From Mobula hypostoma (Eukaryota): a stretch of 64,000 bases of DNA. The position numbers and the translations under genes were made by a program. The stretch is taken from the NCBI RefSeq assembly GCF_963921235.1, contig NC_086109.1, positions 15,440,001 to 15,504,000 of the forward strand, read 5' to 3'. Positions 1-11,730 of this stretch are shown in pieces; the stretch's first letter is position 1; each line of letters starts with the position of its first letter. The notes beneath the pieces are model-generated. The model searched no databases. It was not told the origin of the DNA and was given only the letters and a program-made list of their open reading frames with translations.

Positions 1-8
1 CTTCTTCA

Positions 9-665
9 TTTTTAGATCTTTTTTATTAATTATTATTGAAAATCAACAAAAAAACATTAAAGTAATCAAGTCAACATGTCAATATGTACAATAAGAATTA
101 AATTATGAAATAACTGATTAACAAAGCTAAACAATATATCAATAATAATAAGAAAAAACAAAATGTTAAAACTATTTTTTTTGGAAAAAGGAAAGAAGGA
201 AAAAAGAACCCCTACTAACTAAAACAAATAAAAACCCTACTAACAAAAAAAAACCCATTGGGAGCACGACCCCAGAGCTATACGCCATACAAGCTTCCAT
301 AAAAGAAAAACATCAATCCACCAACTCAAATCCATTTAAACAAGAATCAGAAGGGGACCATCTTAATTAACTCAAATCAGATGATAGTAGTGGGCAAAAG
401 AACCCCACCTTTTCTCAAAGTCAAATCGAGGATCAAAAGTTCGACTTTTGATTTTCTCCAAACTAAGACAGAACATCACCTGAGAGAACCATTGTATCAA
501 AGTGGGAGCAGAGACATCTTCCCATTTCAATAAAATAGCCCCTCTGGCCAATAATGTGACAAATGCAATTACATGTTGGTCTGATATAGAAATACCATGA
601 ATATATTGAGGGATTCTACCGAACAAAACTGTCAATTTATTAGGTTGTAAATCCTTCTTATACAT
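9..665 (-). mobile_element. L1-clade LINE, 5'-truncated 3' end (ORF2 C-terminus plus 3' UTR)
   Basis: ORF 372..665(-) LFG...IAFVTLLARGAILLKW..SAPTLIQW..QVMFCLSLEKI...W resembles the fish L1 ORF2 C-terminus and is homologous to the ORF at 30355; a T-rich UTR and A-rich tail follow on the minus strand. Confidence 0.8.
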
Positions 666-789
666 CCTTATACATCTTGTATATTCTTCTTATAATGGGC
701 AAACAGAATTGAATACGATACTCCAAATGTGGCATAACCAGAGTTTTATAAATCTGCAACATTAACTTCCTGACTCTTGAATCAATATA

Positions 790-920
790 CCACAAGAGAT
801 TCTACAAATGCTGGAAATCCAGAGTAACATACACAAAATGTTGGAGGAACACAGCAGGTCAGGCAGCATCTATGGAGCGGAGTGGTCAACATTTGAGGCT
901 GAAGGGTCTTGGCCTCCAGC
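790..920 (-). mobile_element. Penelope-like element terminal-repeat fragment
   Basis: cacaagagattct..agatgctggaaatccagag..acacaaaatg.tggaggaac.cagcaggtcaggcagcatc, the same terminus that flanks the GIY-YIG remnant at 35401-36010; many copies in the window. Confidence 0.7.
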
Positions 921-924
921 ACTC

Positions 925-955
<31 letters not shown>

Positions 956-972
956 GTGTGTGTGTGTGTGTG
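925..972. repeat. (TG)n microsatellite
   Basis: Direct read. Confidence 0.95.
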
Positions 973-1079
973 ACTCTTAAATTCAGTGCCTTGACTAATA
1001 CAGGCAAGCAAATCATTTTAATCACCCTATTTTTTTGCACAGCTATTTAAAGCAGAGGTTGATAGGTTGATATGTTCTT

Positions 1080-1510
1080 CTTCTCCGTGGATTGTCACCT
1101 TGTCGTGGTGGAGAAGCTTGTGTGGTCCTGTGATCCCGAGAGCAATGCCATCTGGAGCTATGCTCCTGGTAGGGTCACCCATGGCGGTAAGGTTGAGGGT
1201 GAGGTCCCGGACAAACAACGATCTAACCAAGACCTCAGTGGTGGAACAGGCAGATGAAGTTACTTCGAACTCAACGGCTCTGAAGGCGGATGAAGGCTGC
1301 AACAAATCCAATCATCGTGGTTTCCATGCCATTGGAATCAGTTGGTTGATATGTGAAGTATCGTGTGCTTCTTGGAGTGCAACATCAAGTACACGTTAAA
1401 CAAATACACACACAGGCGTCTTCACTCTGTGGGCCACTTCTTCAGAACAAAGGTCATCATCCTCGACCTCGAGGGATAGCCATGACGACGACAATGACGA
1501 CGACGATGAC
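1080..1510 (+). mobile_element. Non-autonomous RTE/Expander-derived retroposon with (GAC)n tail
   Basis: 5' end caccttgtcgtggtggag...gagctatgctcctggtagggtcacccatggc resembles the Expander/RTE 5' UTR; (GAC/GAT)n tail; 11-bp TSD gatatgttctt at 1069-1079 and 1511-1521; inserted in a CR1 3' UTR. Confidence 0.75.
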
Positions 1511-1589
1511 GATATGTTCTTGATTAGGAAGGGCATCAAAGGTTATGGGAAGAAGGCAGGAGAATGGAATTGAAAAAGGTAATATATCA

Positions 1590-2615
1590 GCCATGATGGA
1601 ATGCACAGAACTGGCTCAAAAACAGAAAACAATGAGTTATGGTGCGAGGATAATTTTCACACCTAGAAGATGTTAAAAGTGGGGTTCCGCAAAGACTGGT
1701 TTTGGGGCCACTGCTATTTTTAATTTACATTATTGATTTGGATAAGCACATAACAAATAAACTAGTAAAGTTTGCTGATATCAGAAATTCAGGGGGATAG
1801 GCTGATAACATTCAGGCAACAGAATCAATACAGTTAGATCTAAAAAAAAGTCCAGATGTGGGCAGATAAATGGCAGGTGAAATTTAATGTAAGTAAATGT
1901 AAAATATTACATATAGGAAGTAGAAATATTTGACAGAAATATATAATGGCGGGGGGGGGGGGTCTTGAGTTAGAAAGTGCACTGTATAAGGAGGATTTGG
2001 ACATCCTGGTAGACTCATCACTATCAACATCCAGACAATGCACAGAAGCGATTAGGAAGGCCAACAGAATGCTGGGCTATATAATGTGCTCAGTGGAGTT
2101 TAAGTCAAGAGATGTTCTTCTTAAGCTGTATAATGTGCTTGTGAGGCCACACTTTGAATACAGTGTACAGTTTTGGTCTTCATATATTGTGAGGGATGTG
2201 AATGCACTGGAGAGGGTTCTGAGAAGGGTGATGAGACTCATTCCTGGTCTGCAGGGTGTGAGCTATGAAGGAAGGTTGAAAGAATTAAATCTTTTTTAGC
2301 CCAGGTGGACATAGAATGAGAGGAGACACGATAAAGGTGTTCAAAATCGCCGCGGATATAAGTAAGATGGATGCCAGCTTCTACTTCAAAATTAATCCAT
2401 CAATGAGGACATGGGGCATAGGTGGGGATGGTTAAAGGGAGATTTCAGATTGACATCAGGAAGCATTTCTTTACACAGTGAATTGTGGACACGTGGAACA
2501 AACTACCTAGTTGTTTAGTTGAGAGTAGTACCTTAGAGACTTTCAAATCTAAACTCGACAGTTATTTCAACACATTATGTGAATGGGAATTTGGCAGCTT
2601 TGTTCTAATGTTCTA
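1590..2615 (+). mobile_element. CR1-clade LINE 3' fragment (RT C-terminal half, frameshifted)
   Basis: ORF 1946..2299 KANRMLGYI..SVEFKSRDVLLKLYNVLVRPHFEYSVQFWS; decayed GVPQ.LVLGPLLFLIYI.DLD and KFAD upstream; ttctaatg tail. Confidence 0.9.
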
Positions 2616-2999
2616 ATGATAAACCTGATTCTGATAAAGATCTCTATTGTGGACTGAGAGTGGGAAGGGGGCAAAGAGAAGGGAATCATGGTTGGGAAAA
2701 GGGGAAGGGGGAGGGGAGGGAGCAGGAAGAACCAGAGAGACATTCTGTAATAATCAATAATCCAATTGTTTGGAATCAAATGACCTTGCCTGATGCCTCA
2801 GGGCTGGGTGTGTCTGTACCCGCCCCCCCACACCTGTCCCACACCCCTTCCGCAGTGCTCTATCCTCAGCATTCCCAAAATCCTTTAGCAGATTTACAAA
2901 CTCCCTCTGTGCTCCACTTTGACAAATACAGTACTGCACGAAAGTCTTAGGCACCTTAGCTATATACAGTATATGTGCCTAAAATTTTTACACTGTACT
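2616..2999 (+). mobile_element. Composite Tc1-type MITE unit (partial), copy 1
   Basis: Shares ~380 bp with 51165-51549; ends in a palindromic MITE cagtactgcacgaaagtcttaggcac...gtgcctaaaatttttacactgtac (2929-2999) flanked by TA. Confidence 0.65.
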
Positions 3000-3039
3000 T
3001 ACAGAAGCTCCAAGCAAGGACGAAATTAATATTTGCTTG

Positions 3040-3960
3040 GTGAAACACAATTTCAGAAAGAACAATGAGAATGGATTTGTTTAAGGTAAATTATGTCTGA
3101 CTAACTTGATTGAGTCCTTTGAAAGAATAATTGTGAGGGTTTGATAACGGTAAATGTATATTTGGACTTCTAAAATTGCTTTTGATAATAGTCTTATCTG
3201 GAAGGTAGGAGTACAAAGTATAAAAAAGACAATGGGTAATAATTGGCTAAGGGAAAAGAGGCGAAGAGTAATGATGTACAGAGATTCTTGTGATTGGAGA
3301 TACATATATATTGGGGTTTACACTAGGGATCTGTATTAGGAAATTACTTTTCTCGTTAACTGGAATAAGTTTGCCTTGGGTATGGGTGGAGGGTACAATT
3401 TTGAAGCTCGCTGATGAAACAGAAATTAATAGTGTAAGAAACAGTGGGTATTACAGGAGGTTTCAGGAGGAGGTGGGCAAACTTTAATGAGCTGAAGTAT
3501 AGCACATTCATTTAAATATGAGTTTAAAGTCAGATACTTTAGAAGGAAAAAAATACGCGGGGAGAATCTGGAACTATTTTTAAAGAAACATGTGGGAGTT
3601 TAAGCCCAGAGGATTCATACATATTCACAAGTCTGAAGGTGGAAGAGCGGGTTTACACAGCTTAAGAATATGCATGGGATTTACGGCTTTGCAAATAAGG
3701 ACACTAATACAATATGAAAAAAAAAATTCATACTAAACCTTTAGCAGCACTCAGGTGTGAGAGTGTGGAATGAGCTGCTATTGCAAGTGGTGCATGCAAA
3801 CTCGATTTCAACATTAGAGAAGTTTGGATAGGTACATGGATGGTATGGGTACGGATGGTTATGGGCCTGGTGCACGTCGATGGGACTAGGCAGTTTAAGT
3901 GGCTAGGCATGGACAAGATGGGCCAAATGGCCTGTTTCTGCACTGTATTTTTCTACGACT
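3040..3960 (+). mobile_element. Old CR1 LINE fragments
   Basis: Degenerate CLTNLIE.FE...YLDF.KAFD motifs at ~3090-3190; CR1 3' UTR at ~3760-3955. Confidence 0.6.
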
Positions 3961-5564
3961 ACGACTAACAAACTTTCAGAAGAATGGAAGATTCAGGGTT
4001 TTTTCTGAAGGTAAATATAATGAGGAATATGGGGAGTCAGGAGATGTTATGATTGTTGTTGGATCAGAGATAAGTGAACTGAAGAGACACAAGAAATTAG
4101 GGGTGACTAAGTGGAGAAACGATTTCTTCTGCCATTGGGATCCAAGAATTGGCAAAAGCACCAGATGAGATTTTTGTTTCGCACAAGTTCTAAGACATAC
4201 ACACTGAAAAATTGTCACAAGCAGCTTCCATGGGAATTCCATGGGAGTGTTCCCGCAACCAATGATCTCACTTAAAGTACTCTTTATCTTGTTATTTGAT
4301 ATCTTCGTTATTTATGGTTATTTATTTATATTTGCATTTGCACATTTTGTTGTCTTTTTTGCTCTTCTTGATCTTTCATTGATGCTGTTATAGTTATAAT
4401 TCTATATATTTGCTCTCACTGTAAAAATTACTTTGAACTTTCACAAAGCAATTGAATATACATATATTGAAAACCAATTTACAGTTTTTTGGGAAAATGC
4501 TAGGATTTAAGACTAAATTGCTTAGCATCCAAACAGCTGATCCCTGTGCTAAAAAGCCCTTTGATTCGACTTGGAAATGAGTGAAATTTTCACTCACTGA
4601 AAGGAGTTTGTACGTTCTCCTCTGTATGCGACCATATAGGCTTTCTCTAGGTGCTCCAGTTTTCTCCCACGTTCCCAAGACACATGGTTAGGGTCAATGA
4701 GTCACTAGGTTGGCACTGAAAGCAGGGCAGCACTTTTGGGCTGCCCCCAGGACAATCCTCGCCGACTGGATTTGACGCAGATGATACATTTCACTATACG
4801 TTTCGATGTACATGTGACAAAGTGAATCTTCTTCAAATCTGATAGGGGTGTCTATTTAACCATCAGGGTTCAACTACTAACTAAATGAACCTAATCCTTT
4901 GGCTCATCTTTTACATTTATTTATTTTCCAGAATTGGTCACTGGGGAGTACTAAAGAGCGAAAATCCTGGAGTACATTCATCGCTTCAAATCCCCACCAC
5001 CATTGTAATACACACAAAACACGTATGTAATTGTTGCTTTGATTCCATAACTCAGGGTTATTTCTTGCTTTTAATGTTTCCAGTCCATTAGGCAGTGATA
5101 AGGGGAGATTGAAAATAATTTTTATAAATTACTCATAAATAGCTCTTAAGAAGAGTCTGAGTCAGACCTTTTTTGAGGAAGTTTAGGCCATTAACTTTCT
5201 TTAGGCTCCAGTGATGAGGTCACAACCTTGTGTTGTTTAAGATTTACCAAGTAGTGCAGAAAACATACATAGAATTATCACAGCGCCGCTTTGCTTCCAT
5301 AATTTGAGGTTTAGGATTGCCTAAACTCCCGGACTTTCCCGGAATTGCTAGCAATTGAAATCAAAGTCAAGTTTATTGCTGTGTGCACAAGTACAGGTAT
5401 GCACATGTGCTATGAAAAACTTGCAGCAGTGTAGCAACATCACAGACACTTAACATTATTGAAGAAACATTCACAAAAGGTAGGCATAGATTGTGCTTAG
5501 TTCCAAGACTCTGCTGTAAAGAATCTAGAAGGAAGATCAGAGAGATTTTAAAATATATTGCAGC

Positions 5565-5903
5565 CAACGTTCCCTCTAAGGAGTACGTGCACACACATTT
5601 TTTTGCTACTAGCGCACAAAGGAACTTAAACTACACACAAAAGGTCGTCACCTCCTACCCTGTTGGCATGTTAAGTATATTTCATGATCGTACAGAATCA
5701 CATTTCCTTTTGGTTTCTGATATGCATGGTGCTGACAACGCAGAGCTTGCGATGATTTGTCTGCAGATTTTAGAACTGGCTTATTTATACTGTTTTTATT
5801 GAAGAAACTATTCAGTGCACACATGCTGCTGTCTCTGTGCAAAAAATTTGCACAGTACAAGATTTTTGCGCACACTGATCATTACAAAGTAGAGGGAACA
5901 TTG
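5565..5903. mobile_element. Non-autonomous hAT DNA transposon
   Basis: TIRs caacgttccctcta / tagagggaacattg; 8-bp TSD attgcagc (5557-5564) / actgcagc (5904-5911). Confidence 0.75.
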
Positions 5904-6666
5904 ACTGCAGCAGAACTTTAAATCAATTTTAAAGGCACTAATGCACAAAATGATATCATATTTTCAATGTACCCACCCCTGAAATTTGGCTCCATTGACT
6001 ACTTGTTTCAGAAGCAGAGATCAATGTGCATAAATTAAAACTATGCACTTAGTGCAAACAACAGACTATCAATTTCATTTTCACACTATTGTGGGTTTTC
6101 TTAGAACTCTTATTTATTGATTTTAAAAATACTGTTCAACTAACAACCAAGGATCGTGCAATTGGGTCTTATCAGTCTGTTCGCTTTCCAATGGAGATGG
6201 GAAAATGGTCAGCACCATGACTATTGTCCTCCGCATCCAGTGTCAATAGCATGGAGTTGGCTAGGGATTGTGAAATCATCAACCAGTCAGAGCTGGCAAT
6301 ATCAATGCAAAGTGGTATAGCTCCAAGACAAAGCAGTTCTGAACCAGAAAAAGTCACGCTAGGATGGGTTAATTTGACAGATATAATAATTTGACACAAT
6401 AAATACCCTGCCTCACCTCCCAGCCACAGAAGTCCTACTATCAGATTGTTTAAACTAATTTCTCATCTATAGCAGGAGATTGAAAAGAAATAAAAAAGTT
6501 AGATTTTATTGATTTTCATTGTCTGTCCTAATGGCCCCAATCATATTTCTACTGCTCCTTCCCGTAAAGCTTAACCAGGCTCGTCGTTAAATGCAAATTA
6601 ACAACCACTTGCTATTATTTTTGGTTCTCCTTGACCCATTTTTAAAATATTTTCTTAATGCAACTT

Positions 6667-6818
6667 TGTAACCTGGATACCAATGTAACCTGGAGAGGGA
6701 TGGGCTCTACCAGGTTTCAGATGTCCATGATGAGCACACCAAAGAGCTGGTGCAAGGCTTGTCATGACAGTGCCCCGACGACTCCACCAGGAGTTAAGGG
6801 CGCAAGAAGAAGAAGAAG
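6667..6818 (+). mobile_element. Short retroposon 3' end with (AAG)n tail, RTE-like
   Basis: (AAG)5 tail; TSD aatgcaactt / aatgcaattt (6657-6666, 6819-6828). Confidence 0.5.
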
Positions 6819-6969
6819 AATGCAATTTTTTGCTTTGCAGTACTTGATCCCTTTTGTCATTTGTGCATTCCCGTCATTACCCTTTGATGTAATTTTTATT
6901 CTTTTTGCTTTTCTTTCTTTCTTTATAATCCTGATTTTTGATTTTTTTCCCCCACTCATCTCAGCATCC

Positions 6970-8152
6970 CCTCAAAACTAATCAATAAGCTTCAAGACCT
7001 TGGCCTCAATACCTTCGTGTGCAATTGGATCCTCGACTTCCTCACTTGCAGACCTCAGTCAGTTCAGATCGGCAACAACATCTCCAGAATCAGTGTCGAC
7101 ACAGGTGCACCACAAGGCTGTGTGCTTAGTCCCCTGCTCTACTCGCTTTATACTTATGACTGTCAGCTAATCACAGCTCCAATGCCATATTCAAGTTTGC
7201 TGGTAACACCACTCATGTTGGCCGAGTCAAAGGTGGTGATGAATCAGCATATAGAAGGGAGATTGAAAATCGGGCTGAGTGGTTCCACAACACTCTTCTC
7301 ACTCAATGTCAACAAGATCAAGGAGCAGATTATTGACTCCAGGAAGAGAAAACCAGAGGTGCATGGGATCAGAGGTGGAGAGGGTCAGCAACTTTAAATT
7401 CCTCAGTGTTATCATTTCAGAAGATCTGCCCTAGGGCCCAGAGCATATGAGTAATTATGAAGAAAGCACAGCAGTGCCTCTACTTCCTTAAAAGTTTGTG
7501 AAGATTCGGCACAACATCTAAAACCTTGACAAACTTCTATATAGACGTGGTGGAGAGTATATTGACTGGTTGCATCACAGTCTGGTGTTAAAGCACCAAT
7601 GCCCACGAGCAGAATGTCCTACAAAAAGTAGTGGATATGGCCCAGTCCATCATGGGTAAAGCCCTCCCCAATATTGAGCACATCTACACAGAGCACTGTT
7701 GCAGGAAGCCAGCATCTATCACTAAGGATCCCCACCATCCAGGCCATTCTCTCTTCTCACTTCTGCCATTCTGAAGGAGCCTCAGAACCCACACCACCAG
7801 GTTCAGGAATAGTTATTGCCCCTCAACCATCAGGCTCTTGAACCAGTGGGGATAACATCACTCACTCCATCACTGAACTCTTCCCAAAACCTACGGACTC
7901 GCTTTCAAGGGCTCTTTATCTCAAGTTCTTGATATTTATTGCTTATTTATTTACTATTATTACTTTTTTTTTCTTTTGTATTTGTACAATCTGTAGCTTT
8001 TGCACATTGGTTGTTTCTTCATCCTGTTGGGTGTGGTTTTTCATTGATTCTATTGTGTTTTTTTGGATTTACTGTGTATGCCTAAAACAAATCTCAGGGT
8101 TGTATATGGTGACGTATATGTACTTTAATAATAAATTTACTTTGAACTTTGA
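6970..8152 (+). mobile_element. Rex1/Babar LINE 3' fragment
   Basis: ORF 7017 [20 protein letters not shown]...[35 protein letters not shown] motif; tail aataaatttactttgaactttgaa. Confidence 0.9.
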
Positions 8153-8429
8153 ACTTCTCCAGCTTCTTTTCCCCCTCCTGCCCACTTTCCCTGATAGCAT
8201 GTTTTTTATATATAACCTATGGTATTTCCATTTTTGGTCATTTTTCTGAAACACATGGATCACTATTCAATTCCAGACATATCGTCTGACCATGGTTTTC
8301 AGAATGTGTTGGCATTTACAATTTACCATTGACAATAGTCTTGTTCTCCCCCGCTAAGGACTAGATAATAGGATGTTCTTTCACTTGGTAGTAGAGAGCT
8401 AGAGACTCGGCAGAAGGCCCTTTAGGCCA

Positions 8430-8980
8430 TAAGACATAGTAGAATTTGACCATTTGGCCCATTGAGCCTGCTCTGACATTCCATCATAGCTGACTTATTA
8501 TCCCCCTCAACCCCATTCTCCTGCCTTCTCCCCACAAACTTTGACACTCCTCCTAATCAAGAACCTATCAACCTCCACCTTAATTATACTGAATGACAGC
8601 CTCCACAGCTGTCCATGGCAATGAATTCCACAGATTCATCACTTCCTCCGCATCTCTGCTGTACAGAGACATCTTTGTATTATGAGGCTGTGCCCTCTGG
8701 TCCTGGACTCCTGCACTATAGGAAACATCCTCTCCATGTCCACTCTATCTAGGCCTTTCAAAATTCAATGGGTTTCAATGAGGTCCCTCTCTTCTTCTAT
8801 TCTCCAGCTACTGCAGGCCCAGAGCCATCAAAGGCTCCTCATACTTCAACCCTTTCATTCCCAGGATCATTCTCACAACCTCCTTTGGATCCTATTGGAT
8901 GCCAGCACATCCTCTCCTAGACAAGGTGCCCAAAACTGCGCAGCATATTTCAGGTGTGGTTTGACCAATGCCTTATGAAG
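8430..8980 (-). mobile_element. CR1 LINE 3' end
   Basis: Reverse-strand ALVKPHLKYAAQFWAP...; CR1 3' UTR. Confidence 0.8.
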
Positions 8981-9036
8981 ATTTAAGATTGAGTTGAGAA
9001 GGAGTTTATTTTTTACTTCTATGTAACCATCTACAC

Positions 9037-9110
9037 CAGCAGTTCCCAACCTTTTTATAAGCCAAGTTCACTAAGCAAGAGGTTCATAGACCCCAGGCTG
9101 GGAACCCTTG
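9037..9110. mobile_element. Tiny hAT (Charlie-like) MITE
   Basis: TIR cagcagttcccaacc / ggctgggaacccttg; same family as 56602 and 52363. Confidence 0.6.
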
Positions 9111-9952
9111 ATATAAATAGAGGCTTATGAATTTCAATTAGTATATTAATTACTAGGATTGCTGGTACTGAAGCAATCAAGCTGTATTCCAACAAGATGG
9201 AAAATGATGACAAGTTCAGCCATGATTTTATGGAATGGAGGACATGATCTGTTCTCTTCCCACATCACATTTTGACTAATACCAGTACAAGAACACAGTT
9301 ATGTGGAGCTTGCTGGCTTCCTCCAGCAGATCCCTAGATTGTGTTGGTTGTTGATGCAAATAACACATTTCATTTTATGTTTCGATGTACGTATAAGTAA
9401 ATAAATCTGACTCTTAAACATAACTGGTTTTGGAGAACTCCTAAAGGAAGGAGACACCTTCATTTATGTATAATTTTGTGAAATTGTATGGATGCTACTG
9501 TGTCTTTGTATTGGAGATACGGCTGAACACGAAGAGTCTGATTATTTCAATGTCCACCTTGGTATTAGAATTCATACTGAGAGCCATAGGTTAATGGGCT
9601 CAAATGGGCTCATGTGCATGAGCATTAAATAGAGTGTGACATTCCTAGCACAGCGCTGAGTAACCTCTATGCTTCCTGAGGTGATGAGAAAGATAACATG
9701 GAATTACTTCAAATGAGTTCATCATCAGTAGGCCGGCCGATATTTATCTCTCAATTTAATATCACTAAAGCAGATTTTTTTCTGTTCTTTGACATACTGT
9801 TAAATGTTAAACGAATTTTTTTCTGAAGTTTGTTTCCCTGCATCTGAATGTCAGTGTAGACTGAAGTGTGATGCTCAAGTGTGTAAGAAATCGGGGTTCA
9901 AGTTTCAGATTGGCATTTTGTGGGCAAATTAACACTTTGTATCTTGTAATTG

Positions 9953-9999
9953 TAACTCCACCATGGACGGTCCCAAACCCGGTTGCTAATGGAAGAGGG
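9953..9999 (+). ncRNA. Decayed type-P1 twister ribozyme-like motif
   Basis: Aligns to the twister pattern UAACUCCGCC..CCGGUCCCAAGCCCGG..GGAGGAGGG with ~4 substitutions. Confidence 0.6.
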
Positions 10000-10200
10000 C
10001 TAGCATCCCATCCCATAAAAATCCAGAGCTATAGAAACAGCAACAGAAGCTCCAAAAGGCCCCATTCCTGGGAGAGGAAGGATCTTCACCAAGAATATGT
10101 ATGGAGTCTGATGAAAGCAGAAACCACAGACACAATCAAACTTCTATCGGCCAAGGACAGAGGACTCTGTTGGGCTGCTTACCATGTCCTATGCCCCAAT
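9953..10200 (+). mobile_element. RTE-derived short retroposon headed by a twister-ribozyme-like motif
   Basis: 5' taactccaccatggacggtcccaaacccgg...ggaagaggg, then gctagcatcccatcccataaaa; 3' ccaaggacagaggactctg...cctatgcccc resembles an RTE 3' end. Confidence 0.65.
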
Positions 10201-11352
10201 TACAAGATTATTTGAGAAGAATAATCTTATAGTTGTGATTATGTTTAACATTGGTAGTAAAGCATTTTGGAATATCCTGAGGCTGTAGAATCTTATATTG
10301 AAAAATGACTTTCCCAAACAGGGATATTGAGAACCAGAATTATATGTTATAAGCAAAGGTTATGGTTTGGGGCATCAGGTTCTTCAAATAAAGTCTTCTG
10401 TTTATTCACCTTCTAACCAGTAATATATTGGTTACAAAGAGCAGAAAAAGAATCTCTGGGGTGTATATGGTGACATATTAAGTACTTAATTTGAACTTTT
10501 CCCTGTTTGCTCTTCCTTTTTTCACTTCATGAAATCCCTTAGGATCTTCTCCTTTGTTAACTGCAAGTTGTTACAGTGTTGGTTCCTGTTGGTCAAATGT
10601 TCTCCAGCATCTCAACCAGGTCAGTGAACTACAGTGTGGTCAGACTATTCTGACCTGACCCTTGTAAAGTTTATCATCCATTATCCATGACATCTGACAG
10701 GAAGCAGGAGCTTTGTCTATTCTTCCCTAAATTTACAGCTTCTGACTTGCCATTCTAGCTGAGCGTGTCTTGCTCATGGCTGAAATCAAAGCAGGATGAC
10801 CAGTAAAGACCAGTGGAAATAGTTTCAACAGAAGGGAACTGTGCATATGGTTAAAAAATAAAATAATTACAGGTTGGGTCAGAGAGCTGGCACGAACCTG
10901 ATGGGTACAATGGCCTTATTCTGTGCTGTATGTAATGTTCCGTTGATGGTGTGGCCTAAAGCTAGGATGTTATATGAAATTTTACAGAGCAGAAGGGCGA
11001 GCTGGATAAGTTTATGGAGAAGAATGCTGAGTTGAGGTTGAATATCCTGCCATCAATGTTGGGCAGAGATATAAGAAGGGGAGGTACAGAATATCGAGAA
11101 CAGGGAGGTTGCATCATGGGCACAACCTTCTCTGCCATCTTCAAGATGCTGCGGCTCAAGTAAGTGGCATCCATCATTAAAGATCTTCACCATCTGGGAC
11201 TTGCCTTCTTCGTCTTACTACCATCAGGGAGTGAGGACAGGAGTTTGAAGAGCAACACTCTTCCCCTCATCCATCAGATTTCTGAACTGTCCATAAATTC
11301 ATGAACTCTACCCCGTTATTCATCTTTTGCCCTATTTATCTGTTTTTTTTGG

Positions 11353-11730
11353 GTGGCGGGGTGGAGATTTGTCTCTACCAAAATGTGCTCCTTTCCTCTG
11401 CTAGCCTGCACGTCACCCTTGGGCAAGGTGTAGCACTTGCTTACCCGTGCCACCCCCCCCCTCCCAGTCAGGATCACGTGAAACTATGGGAACAGGTGGT
11501 GGATGGTCATATGAACAGCTGGCACATAAAACAAATCCTGCTTTATGACCACTGATGCCAGGCAGACAGTCTCTGAGGAGTATTGATAATAGCTGGGGTT
11601 ACCTGGCTTCTAAAGACACTGTCCAGAAGAAGGCAATGGCATACCACCTCTTTAGAAAAATTTACCAAGAACAGTCATGGTCATGGAAAGACTACGGCCA
11701 CCCACGTCATACGACACGGCACATAATGAA
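11353..11730 (+). mobile_element. SINE-like repeat with a Bov-B/RTE-type 3' motif
   Basis: agaagaaggcaatggcataccacctc...tttaccaagaac; other copies at 54085-54476(-) and split around the LTR element (45209-45229 and 50108-50245). Confidence 0.65.

Noticed and set aside
6190..6400. Short coding-looking stretch (MELARDCEIINQSEL...)
   Set aside because: Under 50 codons, no homology that I recognise, no exon boundaries
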